DNA of 57,125 nt, counting the filler, from Basidioascus undulatus (taxonomy: Eukaryota): assembly GCA_000826855.1 (NCBI GenBank). It is 3 parts of 3 records of this genome, joined end to end, with 100 filler letters (N's around TTAATTAATTAA, not from the genome) between each part and the next. Parts side by side here need not be neighbours in the genome. Positions count along the whole stretch, not along the records: positions 1 to 18,977 come from JTLS01000441.1; positions 19,078 to 38,052 come from JTLS01000442.1; 1 more part is not named here. One strand, 5' to 3'. The notes under the pieces are model-generated. The model was not told the origin of the DNA and ran no database searches. It saw only the letters and a list, made by a program, of their open reading frames with translations. The translations under genes were made by a program, and so were the position numbers. Position 1 is the first letter of the stretch, and the number at the start of each line of letters is the position of its first letter. Below, piece after piece: positions 12,538 to 24,975 of the stretch.

Positions 12538-15023
12538 CTAGTGAGATGCTGCCGCTTTCGAATTCAGTCCGGTATCGCGACGTTCCGAGCAGGGTGGCAA
12601 CGACTTACTCGAAACGTATGCCACGAACGGGTTGTAATCTCGAGTGATTACGATCAGCACGCGAGACGGAGAGGAACGTGAGGTAGGGGACGTACTGTAC
12701 AAAGCTGGCTGCATCGTATATTGAAAGCCTTGGGGTGACCAGTCGAGGACGATCGAACCATCGCGCTCGAGGACTAGCTGGACAGAGCCATCCGAGAGGG
12801 GGGTCTTAACCTTGTTAGCCCCGGGGAGCAAAGACGTCGATGATGTGCCACCTGAAGTCGTCACAGTGAGCTTTCCAGGTGACGAAGCGAGAACGACGAT
12901 CCAAGCGGAGTCTTCGAGCTGCCGGTGATGGAAAGCTTCAGCATGCGCTCCAATGTTTGCGAAAGGACAGCCCAGGACTCACCCAGTTGGCATGGTCTGG
13001 ACGCCCGACGCTGTCGCTCGCGGCGTTGGCATTCGCAGGATGGGTGCGCGACCAGAACACGATTGAGTCGTCCTGCAAGTGCATGTCATCTCAGGGAGCA
13101 GAGGTCTGAGGTAGCTCGAGACGCACGCACCTTCACGACTGGGTACTGCCCGGTAATGAAGGCCTCCGCGTAGTACTTTGTGAGTGGCAGCCAGCCTATA
13201 CAGGCGTGTTCAGCCCCGGGGACACTCGCAGCGATTGCTGCATCAGGAACTTCTCGAACGCACCGGTATGGTCTCGACCGTCCACCCAGGATTGGCTGTT
13301 TGGCTGGTCAACCCCGATCGGACCGATGTAGGAGCTCTCGCCGTAATCTGGATCTGGACGTTAGCGTGCTTCTTTTGGGTGACTGAGAAAGCACTCGTAC
13401 CGTTCCATGTGATGATTTCCACCATGTCAAGACGATCCCGAATCGAGATCAGTTGTTCCCAGCGAGTTGCGTAATGCCCTGCCGAATTGTGAAGGTAAGA
13501 TCAATCTCAGCGTGCAGGTGCACGAAAGGCTGACTGACAGTCATCGGTTTTGTAAACCCCTAAGTCAACAGCTGTCAGCACACAATTTCCCAAGGAAGGA
13601 AAGGAAGGAGTAGCTTGCAGTTCTTGTCATAGGTATCCTACGCAACAATCACGCTCGTCAGTATCAATTGCGTGACATGGATGGGCAGGCACGCATACCG
13701 GGCCATAGTGCTGTCGAAGGAAGCGAATCAGCAGAGTCGGCTGGAATACGGATACCTAGGAACTGTTGCGTACCGTAAAGAAGCAAGGCGCGATACCCGC
13801 AACGTACGTCTGGTTCGGCAGGTTGTTCAGATAGTTCGAGTCGACGTCCAGGCTCGCGACGGTGTCGCCGGAAGGCCAAGCCGAGTTCCACGCCAGCTGC
13901 CCGTTCGAGGAACTGAGAGTGGAGAACGTTGCTGGGTCGACGAAAAAGGAAGGAACTGCGGTTGAGAGAGAATCAGTATGGAGAAACGGCGTGGTGAGGG
14001 TCACCACGCACCGAAGTGGATCTGTTTTCATGTGAATGTCAGAGCTGATTGCCGAGCTCGAAATGAAGGCTGCGCTTCACCTCGAACGGCAGCAGTGCTT
14101 TGACCATCCTCTCCCATCCCTCATCGGCGCTGCCCATCCCGAACATGCATGCCTCCCCCGCAAACGTCGACACCATCGGCTTCCCGTCCACCCGAAACTG
14201 CGCCGGCTGCTGCCCGAGGCGCGAGATGAGGTCTCGGACAAGGCCGGCGTGTTCGGCGGTCGCGCAAGGGATCGCGGACAGGTCGAGCGAGAGGAAGAGC
14301 GAGAACGGCGTGCCAGCGTCCGCGGACGCTGCGGCCGAATAGGCGTCCGAAATGCGATCCACTTGCCAGGTGTCGGGACCGAGGTTGAGGGCAAAGCCGG
14401 AGCTAGTGTTGAGGTCGGGTCAGTGGAAGTCTGAATGGAACCTGGAGCAGCGAAGACCCACATGCCTGAGGACGACGCGAGCGATATGTCACTTACCCAC
14501 GTCGCAGCCGTGTACGAGTAGGTGTTGCCGACCCTGAAAGAGAAGACTTAGTGACTCCCAGCGGGAAAAAAGGATCCCCGACCCTTACATGTGGTGAGCA
14601 AAGACCTGTAAGCCACCCACCCTAGGGCTCAGCAGAGGTCGGGACGAACAGGCAGGCCGGAAGCCTCACATGCTTCTGGCGGGAGTCGGAGGCTGGCGGT
14701 GCAGCAGGTGCATCGTGTGGTGGGAATGGATTGAGCTGTGGTGGATACGTCGTTTCCGAAGTCGCGGGATGCGGGGAGGGAGAGACGGGCGGGACGGGCG
14801 CAGCATTCGTGTCGCCAGTGGGAGAGGTCGAGTTGGCCGCCTCGCCAAGGACATCGTCTAGCAGATCCATAGCGCCGCCGATGAGCCCCCCGCTCCCAAA
14901 GTCCAGAAGATCGCTGAGAAGACCGCTGCCGGAGCTCGACAAGAGCGAGTAAGATGTCTGTGGCGTAGTGCGGCCTATGGGTGCCGCGGCGCAGAGTAAT
15001 AAGAGCAGGGATCGAGAACGCAT
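12538..15023 (-). CDS. Glycoside hydrolase family 71 alpha-1,3-glucanase (mutanase), secreted, with N-terminal S/G/D- and Pro-rich extension
   Basis: Signal-peptide-like start. Spliced motifs KHVFAHHMVGNT, GFALN, VDGKPMVSTFAGE, VPSFF, WNSAWP, PCFFTHYGPDTYDKNWVY, RWEQL, VEIITWNDYGESSYIGP, WVDGRDHTGWL, FWSRTHP, YNYNPFV. Confidence 0.93.
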
Positions 15024-16010
15024 TGTCAGCGTGGGCGTGAGGGCAAGGGAAAGGGACGGACGAGCAGCTACATCAAGTGCGGCGTTGTTGTCAGTCCGGA
15101 CGACGATAAGGACTATGATGACTTGATTTCCTCTGCACAGGGGCGAGAGGGCGAGGTCAGACGAAATTGAGGCCGGTTTGATATGCGAGGAGGACGCGCT
15201 ACTGCGGGATTACCGTCAGCGGCCTTCGGGATTGGATGATTCGGCGAGGGCACACTTACCAGCATGATACCTGAGGAAAGCAGTTGAAACCACGAAGACA
15301 AGCGAAAAGGCACAGCCGGTCCCTGCGAAGCGGCACGTCTCAGGCGCCCAAGTCTCGCGTGCGTCATGCTCGCGATGGCATCAGTGCCACAATAGTCAAT
15401 CTCGAGAAGGAACGAAGGATAGTGAGTGCCGAGTCAGCGCAAGAAGGGATGTTATGGCAAGCGAAGAAAGAAGGCAGGACCGAGCGATCGACGTTCCGGG
15501 GGTATCAGGTCGACGTTGCAAGCGGAGGGGGAGATCAAAGCTCTCGGCCCACTTCCAGCTCATAGACTGCAAACCTTTCCTCGTCTTCATGTTAAAAAAA
15601 AGGTCCTCACCTTCAATATGCCTCTGGATCGCCTGGACGAACAGGGTAGAAAGGCCAACGCCGTAGACTTGCTGGGAGACCTGAGAGAGCAGGTGGGACT
15701 GCAACAGTCTGGCCGCCTACCGTTAACTGTGATTCTACCTTGCTTGGCATTGCACATAAGTAAAGCAAACATACAAATCCTTAATATTCGGAAAGTTTTT
15801 GAGAGCTTGGGCTGGCCAAAAGCGGTCCTTTAAGATGGCAAAGTGTGCAGTGTACGTGAGGCTCCTTACCTCATCGCCCCCACGCACGAGCGACTGGTGA
15901 CGGCGCGTGCATTCGCGCGTTCGGCTTCTCCCATCACCACGACCAAATCCGCGACGTCCTCCACGACATTCAACAATCTACCGCTTACGATCCTTACGAC
16001 CACGCCGCCG

Positions 16011-18977
16011 ATGTCTGAAAACAATAGTCTAGCCAAGGACCTGACCGACTCGGTCGTCGGAACCGCTGAGCAGCCCAGCAGCGATGCGCCTTCCACCGCC
16101 TTGATCAAGGCTTCCAATGCGCCGGGCGAGGTCACTGCGAACGAGGTCGAGTCTGGCTCCACCGAACGGTTGCAGGTTATCGACGAGGAGAAGGAGTTCA
16201 CGTGAGCATCAGCTTCTCAAGGGTGAGCGGAGGGCCTGCCGTTGTGACGCTGACCGGGTGGGGTCTGGTAGCGAGGACCTGGATGAGTACATGGAGCGCT
16301 GGGGACTGGCCGATGCGGGCTTCGACTATAACGTGGTCAGCGTGTTCGGGTCGCAATCGACTGGGAAGAGTATGTGCCGCTTTCAAAGCTCGAGTTGAGT
16401 CTTGCCGAGCTAATCTCATCTCCCGTCAGGCACCCTGCTCAACCGCCTCTTCGGCACGACCTTCGACGTGATGGACGAGTCTCAGCGCAGACAGACGACC
16501 AAAGGTGTGCTTCAGGTATAACACTGGCAGCCAGACCGGGACTGACGTCGGGGATCGTTGGTCAGGTATCTGGATGTGCCGGGCCAAGGGGTTGCCGCTG
16601 CTGGTGATGGACGTGGAGGGCACGGACGGGCGTGAGCGAGGAGAGGACCAAGTGCGTCTCCTCACATTATCGATCACTGGAAATTTACCGGCTGTGCGGT
16701 GGTAGGACTTCGAGCGCAAGTCCGCGCTCTTCTCGCTCGCGTCCTCGTCGGTTCTCCTCGTCAACATGTGGGAGCACCAGGTCGGCCTGTACCAGGGTGC
16801 CAACATGGGTCTCCTCAAGACTGTCATGGAGGTCAACCTGGGAATGTTCATCGCTGCCAATGCACGCGGGTGTGTATCTCTTGGGTTAAAGCCGTTGTAT
16901 CGAGGCGCTGAAGGATGGCTGCGAGGTAGGCCGACGTCGGGCGGGACGCACAAGACCCTGTTGCTCTTCGTCATCCGCGACCACATCGGCGCGACCCCGC
17001 TCGAGAACCTGCGCAACACGCTCATTGCCGACGTCGAGCGCATCTGGGCGTCTCTTTCTAAGGTGCGCTTGTCCGATGACAAAGAGCCGGACGACCCTCG
17101 CTGAAACGTGTGAGGCAGCCGGAGGGACTCGGCGACGCGCTGCTGTCCGACTACTTCGACCTGTCCTTCGTCGCTCTTCCGCACAAGCTGCTCCAGCCGA
17201 AGGAGTTCGAGGACCAGACCAAGGCGCTGCGCAGGGACTTCTTTGAGGACCGAAGCAGCAAGAACTGGGCGCCGCGCGAGGAGTACCACCGGCGGATCCC
17301 GGCCGATGGTCTCAGCATCTACCTCAACCGTATTTGGGTTCGTGATATCGCAGGCGACATTCTTGCAGCGCTTTGTTAACATTCCGCACGCGCACAGGAA
17401 CAAGTGCAGTCCAACAAGGACCTCGACCTGCCGACGCAGCAGGAGCTCCTCGCCCAGTTCCGCTGCGACGAGATCGCGAGCGCCGCCTCCCAAGTGTTCG
17501 AGCAGGACATCAAGCCCCTTCGCCGTCCCGTCGAGTCCGGCAAGGTCCTGCCGGGGCTCGGCTCGGACATCGCACGCGCACGCGATGTCGCTCTCTGTGA
17601 GAGCACCGCGTCATCAGCTTTGGTTTCCTTGCATGCTTACGCGCCCTCCTGGACCAGCTACCTTCGACCGCTCTGCTTCCCGCTACGCTTCGTCCGTCTA
17701 CCAGCGCAAGCGGCTCGACCTGGCGTCCAAGCTCGAGGCGTCGCTTTCGCCGCTGTTCCTCGGCCAGCTCAAGAACCTGCACAAGGCCGCCGTTGACGGC
17801 TTCTCGCGCGACCTAGCTGAGCGCCTGAAGGGGGAGGGCTACGACTTTGGCGAGGTCGTCAAGGAGGTCCGTGAGGCCCGGGTCGGCGAGTTTGAGGAGG
17901 GCGCAAAGGGTGCGTCTCCATCGTGAACTTCGTGTTTCTTCTTGGGGCCTGATGGGGGTTGATCCGGGTATAGCAATCCTGCTCAAGGACACGGAGTGGA
18001 CGTACGAGGAGGAGCTCGCCCAGCTGCAGGAGGACATCTCGGCGCTCGCGGACAAGAGCCGGGCGGACGAGACTCGCAAGATGGTCACGACGATTGAGGT
18101 GCGTTTCCTTGTACCAGTTTGCACGCTCGCAGACTAAAGCTGATCTTGCGAGACACAATAGCGTAACATCAAGAAGCAGCTCGCCGAGCCCGTCGAGCTG
18201 GCGCTCAACAAGCCTGCGCCGGACATGTGGGACCGCGTCCTGCGCACGTTCACCGAGGCTTTCGAGCGTGCCGAGGCTAGCTACACCACAAAGGCGAAGA
18301 GTGCGTCCCCGTTATGCTCCTCACGCCAGCTTGCCTCAAGCCTGACCCTCGTGCTTCAGGCTTCGCTGCGACTGACGCGGAGACTGCGGCCGCGGTTGCG
18401 AACCTCCGCTGGCGTGCGTGGCTCGCGCTTCGCGCGAAGGTCGACGAGCAGTCGACCGACGCCGTCGTTCTCGCTCGCCTGAGGTCCTGCTTCGAGGACC
18501 GCTTCCGGTACGACGCGCAAGGTGTTCCGCGCGTGTGGAAGCCGGAGGACGACATCGAGAGTGTCTTCAGCAAGGCGCGGGAGGAGGTGCGTTCTCATTG
18601 GTTTCATCATTTTGCTGTTCAGGCGCGTTACTCACTCGTCGAACGAGCAGACCCTCGAGCTCATCCCGCTCTACGCCTCCATCAAGCCGTCCGACCCCAG
18701 CATTGCCGTCTCGCTGCCGTCGTCGTCTGACGCCGACTCGCTCGCGGACGATACGGAGGACTTCGACTTCCCCTCGACGCTCGTCGTCCTCACCGAGACG
18801 AAGCAGCTCGACCTGCAGAACCGGTTCCGCAAGGACGCCGATGGCCTGTTCGTCGAGGCCAAGCGCAGCACGGTCAGCAGCGTCGCGCAGATCCCGTACT
18901 GGATCTACGGCGCCATGGCGGTCCTCGGGTATGTATGGCGCTCCTCTCGACACGCATGATTTGGCAGAGTGCTGATC
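16011..18977 (+). CDS. SEY1: SEY1/RHD3 atlastin-like ER-fusion GTPase (3' end lost in assembly gap)
   Basis: [37 protein letters not shown] (P-loop), [96 protein letters not shown]. The gene runs into the N spacer before the transmembrane hairpin is complete. Confidence 0.97.
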
Positions 18978-19077
18978 NNNNNNNNNNNNNNNNNNNNNNN
19001 NNNNNNNNNNNNNNNNNNNNNTTAATTAATTAANNNNNNNNNNNNNNNNNNNNNNNNNNNNNNNNNNNNNNNNNNNN
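18978..19077. other. Artificial contig-joining spacer (44 N + TTAATTAATTAA + 44 N)
   Basis: Exactly 100 nt. The central 12-mer places stop codons in all six frames. An identical structure occurs at 38053-38152. Confidence 0.97.
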
Positions 19078-20172
19078 CCGGGCACGTAGGTACGGGGTTG
19101 GGGGCACGGTGGAAGGGGATGGCTCGGCGGTGGATGTAGTGCCTTTCGCCTGGGTGACGAGGTTGGAGGGACGGGTTAGGAGCGCCGTGCGGTCAGTCGT
19201 CAATCTGCTCTTTCCTCCATTATCGTGTGCGCAGTGCGATGAGTCTATCGTGGGCGAGGTGATTCTATGGTGGCTCTCACCTTTGCACCGTTAACGAATG
19301 GGAAGAGCGTCACATGCCGGCCACTGTCAAATCACACCTGTGCTGCACGTATTTCCACCAGGTTGTGGTCCTTAGCAGATTCCCTGCTCAAACGTTACAA
19401 GTGACTATGCAATGCATTGTGCAAGAGCGTTGCCAAGATGAAGGAAACACTGAAGGCAGCGGCACGAGGTGGCAAGGATACCGACGGCGAAGGCAAGCGA
19501 AGGGAGTGACAGCATGGCGCGGACCCGGGGTGCTCGGGAGAGATTCTCTGTGGATGTGAAAGCGAAGGCGGCGAGTCCGCCAGAACCACCCCTTCCACAA
19601 GAGCAAGAACAGGGAACGCCGTACTGGAACGCAGCTTGGCATGGTGTCCTTCCATGCGACTTCGGCTATGAACACTTATGACTCAAAACTAAACTGCGTA
19701 CGCCTTTATTATTCAAGGCAATTTTCTATTGGAGTATACCTCGAACGAAGGCGCGACGCATCACCTTGAGCGCAGGGGAGGTGGCGATTCAACGAGGCTC
19801 AAGATGACTCAATATCGCGACTCACAGCGGAATATAGATCTCTCGGCGAATTCGTGTCAATACAGGATGTCCAGTAAGCAACTAACTCTTTTTACTGAAT
19901 CGGAAGCTGGCGGAAGGAACATCCATCTGGTGCTCTCGCGCGGGCAAGCCGCAAGCAGCCAGCTGACTGATGATGACAAGCCGTACCGAAACATCGCAAT
20001 TGCTACGCGCCAATGAGAAAGTGGCTGACTTGGGCGTCGTCGGCCTGCGAGGTTACTCAAATGCGTGCGAGGGGCCTGCATAGTGGCTCCACGTCGCGAT
20101 CGTCGTTCGCTCGGGAGTCGGGAGGTTGAAGAGGTAGAGCAGACTGCAATGATGAGCTCTGTCCCGAAGCAT

Positions 20173-21578
20173 TCAATTCATCTTCTTATTCAGCTCCTTG
20201 TCCCCCGGTTCGCTGCCACTTCGCACCTTGTCCTCCGTCTCTACACCACCCTCAGCCCATTCCCAGCCCTCCACCCTTTCCGCGCCCTTGACAAGCCCGC
20301 CGCACCTGAGGCACGTCCACCCTTCCTCCCCATCCCTGGCAGCACGCGCAAGGACCTGCGCGACGCACGTGTATTCGTACATGCAGCCGCAGCTCGTTAT
20401 ATACGGCACGCCTATCTTGACCTTGTCCGGCTCCGGCGGCGGGTCTTGGCGCGCGTAGCAGATCGCGCAGACGTGCGGGGGGAGGTGGGCGAACGGGCCC
20501 GGCCCGGAAGAGGTGGGCTTCGAAGTCGATGTGAGAGGCGTGAGGGCCGGCGGGAGCAGGAGCGAGAAGTATGAGGAGATGCGGGCGGGCAGATGCGTGG
20601 AGTTGATTAAGGGAAGGAAGAAGAGGAGGAATTCCTGGATGATGATGAACGCGTTAGTTGCAAAGAGTGTATGAAAGTGTTAAGGACGAATCATACCGTG
20701 AAGGCGCCCCAGACAAGTTGCCGATTCAGGAACTCGTAGCTGACTGCGCGCTGGACGTTCTGCCGCGCATACGTCAAGCGCATCCCTAGCACGCGGTCGA
20801 CCAGCGAGCGGTATCTGGAGAAGGATACAGGTCAAGGACACTCTTTTTATGCGCCTAGGGAGAGGTACTCACTTTCCGTCATACAGGAATACTAAGAAGC
20901 TGAGCAGCTCTGCTAACTCGCTGACCTTTTCAGCGCGGTCGACGGCATCGAACACGCGTCTACGCGGGTTCAGGCGCGGCAGGTCGGCCCAGCTCCCTTG
21001 AGCCATACGTGACCGGAGGCGAGTGAGCGCGTAGGGAAGGAAAATGGCGAGGAGGGCGTGAAGGGTCTTTTGGACGGGGAGGAGAGGGGCGGGCGGAAGT
21101 GCGGTGGCTCCTGCGGGAAGGTCAGAAAGGCTACGTGACGCGCATCACAGAAATAGACGCACTATGAGCTCGATGTGCCCATTCATTGCGATAACGAAGG
21201 TTTTGCAGGGATGAGCCGTAGGAGGCTGAGGAGCACGAGTAGATGGACCATGAAAAGTACGCCAGCTTGAGCAACGCAGAGAGCTCCGGCTGCCATCGGT
21301 CTCGCACTGACGACTACAAATACGAAGACCGAAGTCAGCTCCCAGCCAGCGCAAACATCTTTGTGAGCCGACCGCACCTTGACCTGCGCGAGAGCCTTGT
21401 TCACGGGCTCCGCGAGCATGCCCAGCAGCTCTCGATCCAGGAGTTCCGCATCGAGCTGCGAGACGCGAGGTACGCGAAGAGGTTTTGGAGGGAGAGTTCG
21501 AAGGGTCTCTCGTAATGTCGAGATGCGAGACGAGGGATCCGAGAGGGTGGGCGGCCGAGGCGAAGCGGGTGCGGACAT
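20173..21578 (-). CDS. PEX2: Peroxin 2 (peroxisomal RING E3 ligase subunit)
   Basis: PLRVPRVSQLDAELLDREL, ASYGSSLQNLRYRNE, SFLVFLYDGKYRSLVDRVLGMRL, VSYEFLNRQLVWGAFTEFLLF, and a C-terminal RING-like CAIC...CGCMYEYTC...WTCLRC. Four GT-AG introns. Confidence 0.95.
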
Positions 21579-21944
21579 GCGGAATGGGTGCGGACCCTGT
21601 TTGGCAGCCGACACGTGCGTAGAGCGTTCGTAAGACGACCCGGGTCCGATTCGAGTATCTCTGGTGAATGATGGTGGTACAAGTTGAAGATGGTGGTTCG
21701 AGATGCAGGTCGGGATCAAGAGAAGACGGTCGAACGAGCTTGATCGCCGACACGGCGAACCGGCGACGCGAGAGCCGGGCAGCGGCAACCGGCGGAATTC
21801 CGCATTGCAAACGCAGTCGACTTCCTTCGAGACGTTTTCTGTCCTAAACTTTCCGGCAATTGCCTCGGATCACACATAGATCTAATATAAACACAAGAAG
21901 AGTTCTTCACGGTGACGACGCCCCGTTTCCCAACTACCGGTCGA

Positions 21945-23943
21945 CTACGTCGGCGTGGCCAGCAGCTGGCAATTACCAATCCCCGTGCCGTACACACTGC
22001 ATATAGGGAACGAGGATATCAGCGTGCTGTAGCGTATTTCCACATTTGACTGAGAGGGCCACGTACTGCTTCAATTTCCATCCAGCCTGCTCCATCAGCT
22101 CCGCGTGTTGCTGCAGTATCCGATCCTCGCCCGCAATGATCATCATCTGAATCCAAACAAATGAGCATGAGCATCTGAGGGAATCCTCTGAGTTGGGAAT
22201 ATTAACTCACATTCATGTCCGTGATAGCGCTAAACTGACCCGCATGCGGTATAAGAGGTTCGGGTGGGAGGGGTGCAACCTCCGGTTCAACGGTAACGCC
22301 TGCCGGTGGATTATGCGCGCATATAGGGTGGACGATATTCTCAACGATAAGAAGTCGGCTGGAAGGCGAAGCCGCCGAGCGGACATTCCGGAGAATCTAG
22401 AACGAGGCAGTGCGTCAGAAACGAGACGAACGGGTGTGCAGGTCGTGACGAAGCGCACCTCGAGCGCCTGGTCGTCCGTCCAGTCGTGTCTGCCATGGGA
22501 CGAGGCACAAAAGCACTTGAGCAGCTGTAAGGTTAAGTTGACAGGATTACTCACAAAACCGCCCGCAGAAAATAAACGTCAGCGCCTTGCGTCGAGTTCG
22601 GCTTGAAGATGTCTTGAGCCTTCAAGCTAACGCGCCCATCCGCCAGAGCGTCGGGCATTTCACGTTTCCAGAACTGTGGAATGATTACATACAAAATCAA
22701 TCATACCGAAGAAGTGCCACTCGAGGTCCTACACGTACCGCTTCAGCCTGCGCGATCACGTTCGGCTGGTCCTGGACCTGGAACCGAAGGTCGGGCAGTG
22801 CGCGAGCGAGAATGAGCGAGACAGAGCCGATGCCGCCGGCAACGTCGACAACTAGACTGTCTTCGGGGAGGTCGGAGAATGGATAGCCTGGAAAGAGAGG
22901 ATATATGTAAGCTCGGGCACGGCTCTGTAGAGAAATACCAATGCGAGTACCTTTCAAGATCAAGTTGCCCGGCACGAGCGTGTCAAGGCCGTGCATCGCT
23001 TCTTGAAAGCGGGCGTCGATGGCCTGATATTACAACAAGAGAGTGAGGTCTTGGACATGAGCAGCGACAGTATCGTTGCGACAGACCTTATTTTCGGGCC
23101 GGCCGTAGTATGCGAAGACTTCCTCGCCAGTTGCCCGGGTGAAAGGCGATACGGCGGACGAAGAATCAAGCACGAACTCGCTCGCCTTAGGGGCGCCCAT
23201 CAAGATATCATCGGCACTGTTTCGGGCACTATCCGTCAGTCAGATAGTCCTCCATCTTGACTGAGCGAGCGAGACAAACGAGTGGGAGAGCAGAGCCGCA
23301 AAGCCGTTCGAGCCTTCGAAAAGTTTCTCAAACCTGAAAGCTGAAACGATCAGCAGCACTCTCATGGTTATGGCAGGATCAACTCACGGTTTCTTCGCAA
23401 GCTCCTCCAAAGATGTTCCGATGGCAAGCGGGAGCGACAGGCGTGTGTGCGCGAAGACGTTCGGGCTGACCTCTGGCTCAAGTGACCTCGTCAGCGCTGC
23501 ACACATATATCGCATTGTGAATGGACGACTCCGCACTCACCCCTGAAGATATGATGCGCCGCAAGAACTCGGAGCACCCGCGTAAGCTTCCTTTCGTCTG
23601 CTCCTCGGAGCTTGGCGATCTCGCGCACGTGCAAGCCGTTAGGCCCAGCGGGGAGCAGTGCGTCTGCAGCGAGGCTCTCGATGGCAGCGCGAGTCGCCCA
23701 GCTCAAGTGAAGGTTTGCGACAGTGCGGTAGAGGGTGAGTGTGGGCGGCTGTACGGAAGCGATGAGCTGATTGCAAGCCGAAACGAGAACGTCGGTGGCT
23801 CCTAGTGCGGTAGGAGAGGTGGAGACGGTGGATGCCTTCGAGGAAAGATCATCAAGCGCTGGGACACCACCAGCGGAGGTTAGTGTGGAGATGGAGGATT
23901 CGACGAGACGCAGGAGCGCATGAAGGTCAGCAGCAGGAGGCAT
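21945..23943 (-). CDS. Fungal SAM-dependent O-methyltransferase (Methyltransf_2 / class II type)
   Basis: Dimerisation region KLTRVLRVLAAHHIFREVSPNVFAHTRLS; SAM motif LVVDVAGGIGS; VQDQPNVI; QDIFKP...ADVYFLRAVLHDWTDD (catalytic HDW); RLLIVE; ends AGWKLKHVY...TPT*. Confidence 0.92.
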
Positions 23944-24975
23944 GAGGAGGTTCGAGGAAGAGAAAGTACAGCTTCAAGACGGGGACGTTTGTACCCAGGA
24001 ATCTTCTGGGCCGGTCACAGGGCCTCCGGTGCCCAGGGCGTGGTTCAGCACGGCGGCCTCTGCTAGCGCAAGTGGAGGATCCACATCGCAACATCACCAC
24101 GTTCGTTCGTCCAGGGCGAGTTAATCAAAGCAGATCTCGTGATGCAAGCAACGCCTGACAATAAGCCGGCGTTGTAGGGACGGCCACCGAGGGTCAGCTC
24201 GCTGCAGCCGGGGTTCAGCTTGCACGCAACGCTGATCAGTATGTTTGTGAGAAGTGACCTGCTTTCCACCTACAATCTTCCTGAGATTTTATCTACATCA
24301 CACCGCTGGAAGTCAACGATGGCCAACCTTCGAAGCACGGCTCGCCTATCACTTTTTTCACGTTGTTTTGCAACCTGTAAAGCGAGCCCCCGCCATGACG
24401 CCTTGCCGGTTTGTTCTTGAGTGGCCAGTCACACACGGTATGCAATAATGGTGTATTGTATCAACATTGACCTTGAGGTGAGTTTTAATAGCATGGAGGA
24501 CAAGCGCAGCAGCACCAACAGAACATTTTATTGCTTGATGCCATCTACTTGCAGTCGAACTCAATGCCAGCGCGGTCCACGAAGGACAAACCGAATCGAC
24601 AGCCAGATGTCGTAGATCTGACATATCAGCGGAAACCAGGCAATACGCCTGAGCAAAGGAAGGCGGGCTGCCAGTACCACAACGCAAGAGCACTACGCTC
24701 AAACAAGCGAACGACTCTATACGTCAACGTCATGGCTGGCCTCGAGGGCTGGAAACGGATTCATCAAGATTAATGGTAGCTTTCTATGTATTTCGCCGGT
24801 AAAAAGCTGCATTGGCCAACCACGCTGGAGCGCCTAATACGCAAAGCGTTGCGCTACTCCTGCCGCCCAAAGCGACTCGCGTTCCATTGAAGCCCCTTTT
24901 CTCAGGTGCCCATATATTGCATACAGATCCCTTGGCCTGATCCACGCCCCATTCCTCCACAGCGCCGACCATTGG

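Noticed and set aside
19970..20028. C/D-box-like ATGATGA...CTGA (also GTGATGA...CTGA at ~41431-41557)
   Set aside because: No convincing terminal stem or recognisable rRNA-complementary guide. Such short boxes occur by chance.
24012..24028. CGG-N11-CCG (Gal4-type site) near a mutarotase gene
   Set aside because: It lies downstream of the mutarotase, in the OMT promoter. A single 6-bp-specified motif is expected by chance every few kb in GC-rich DNA.
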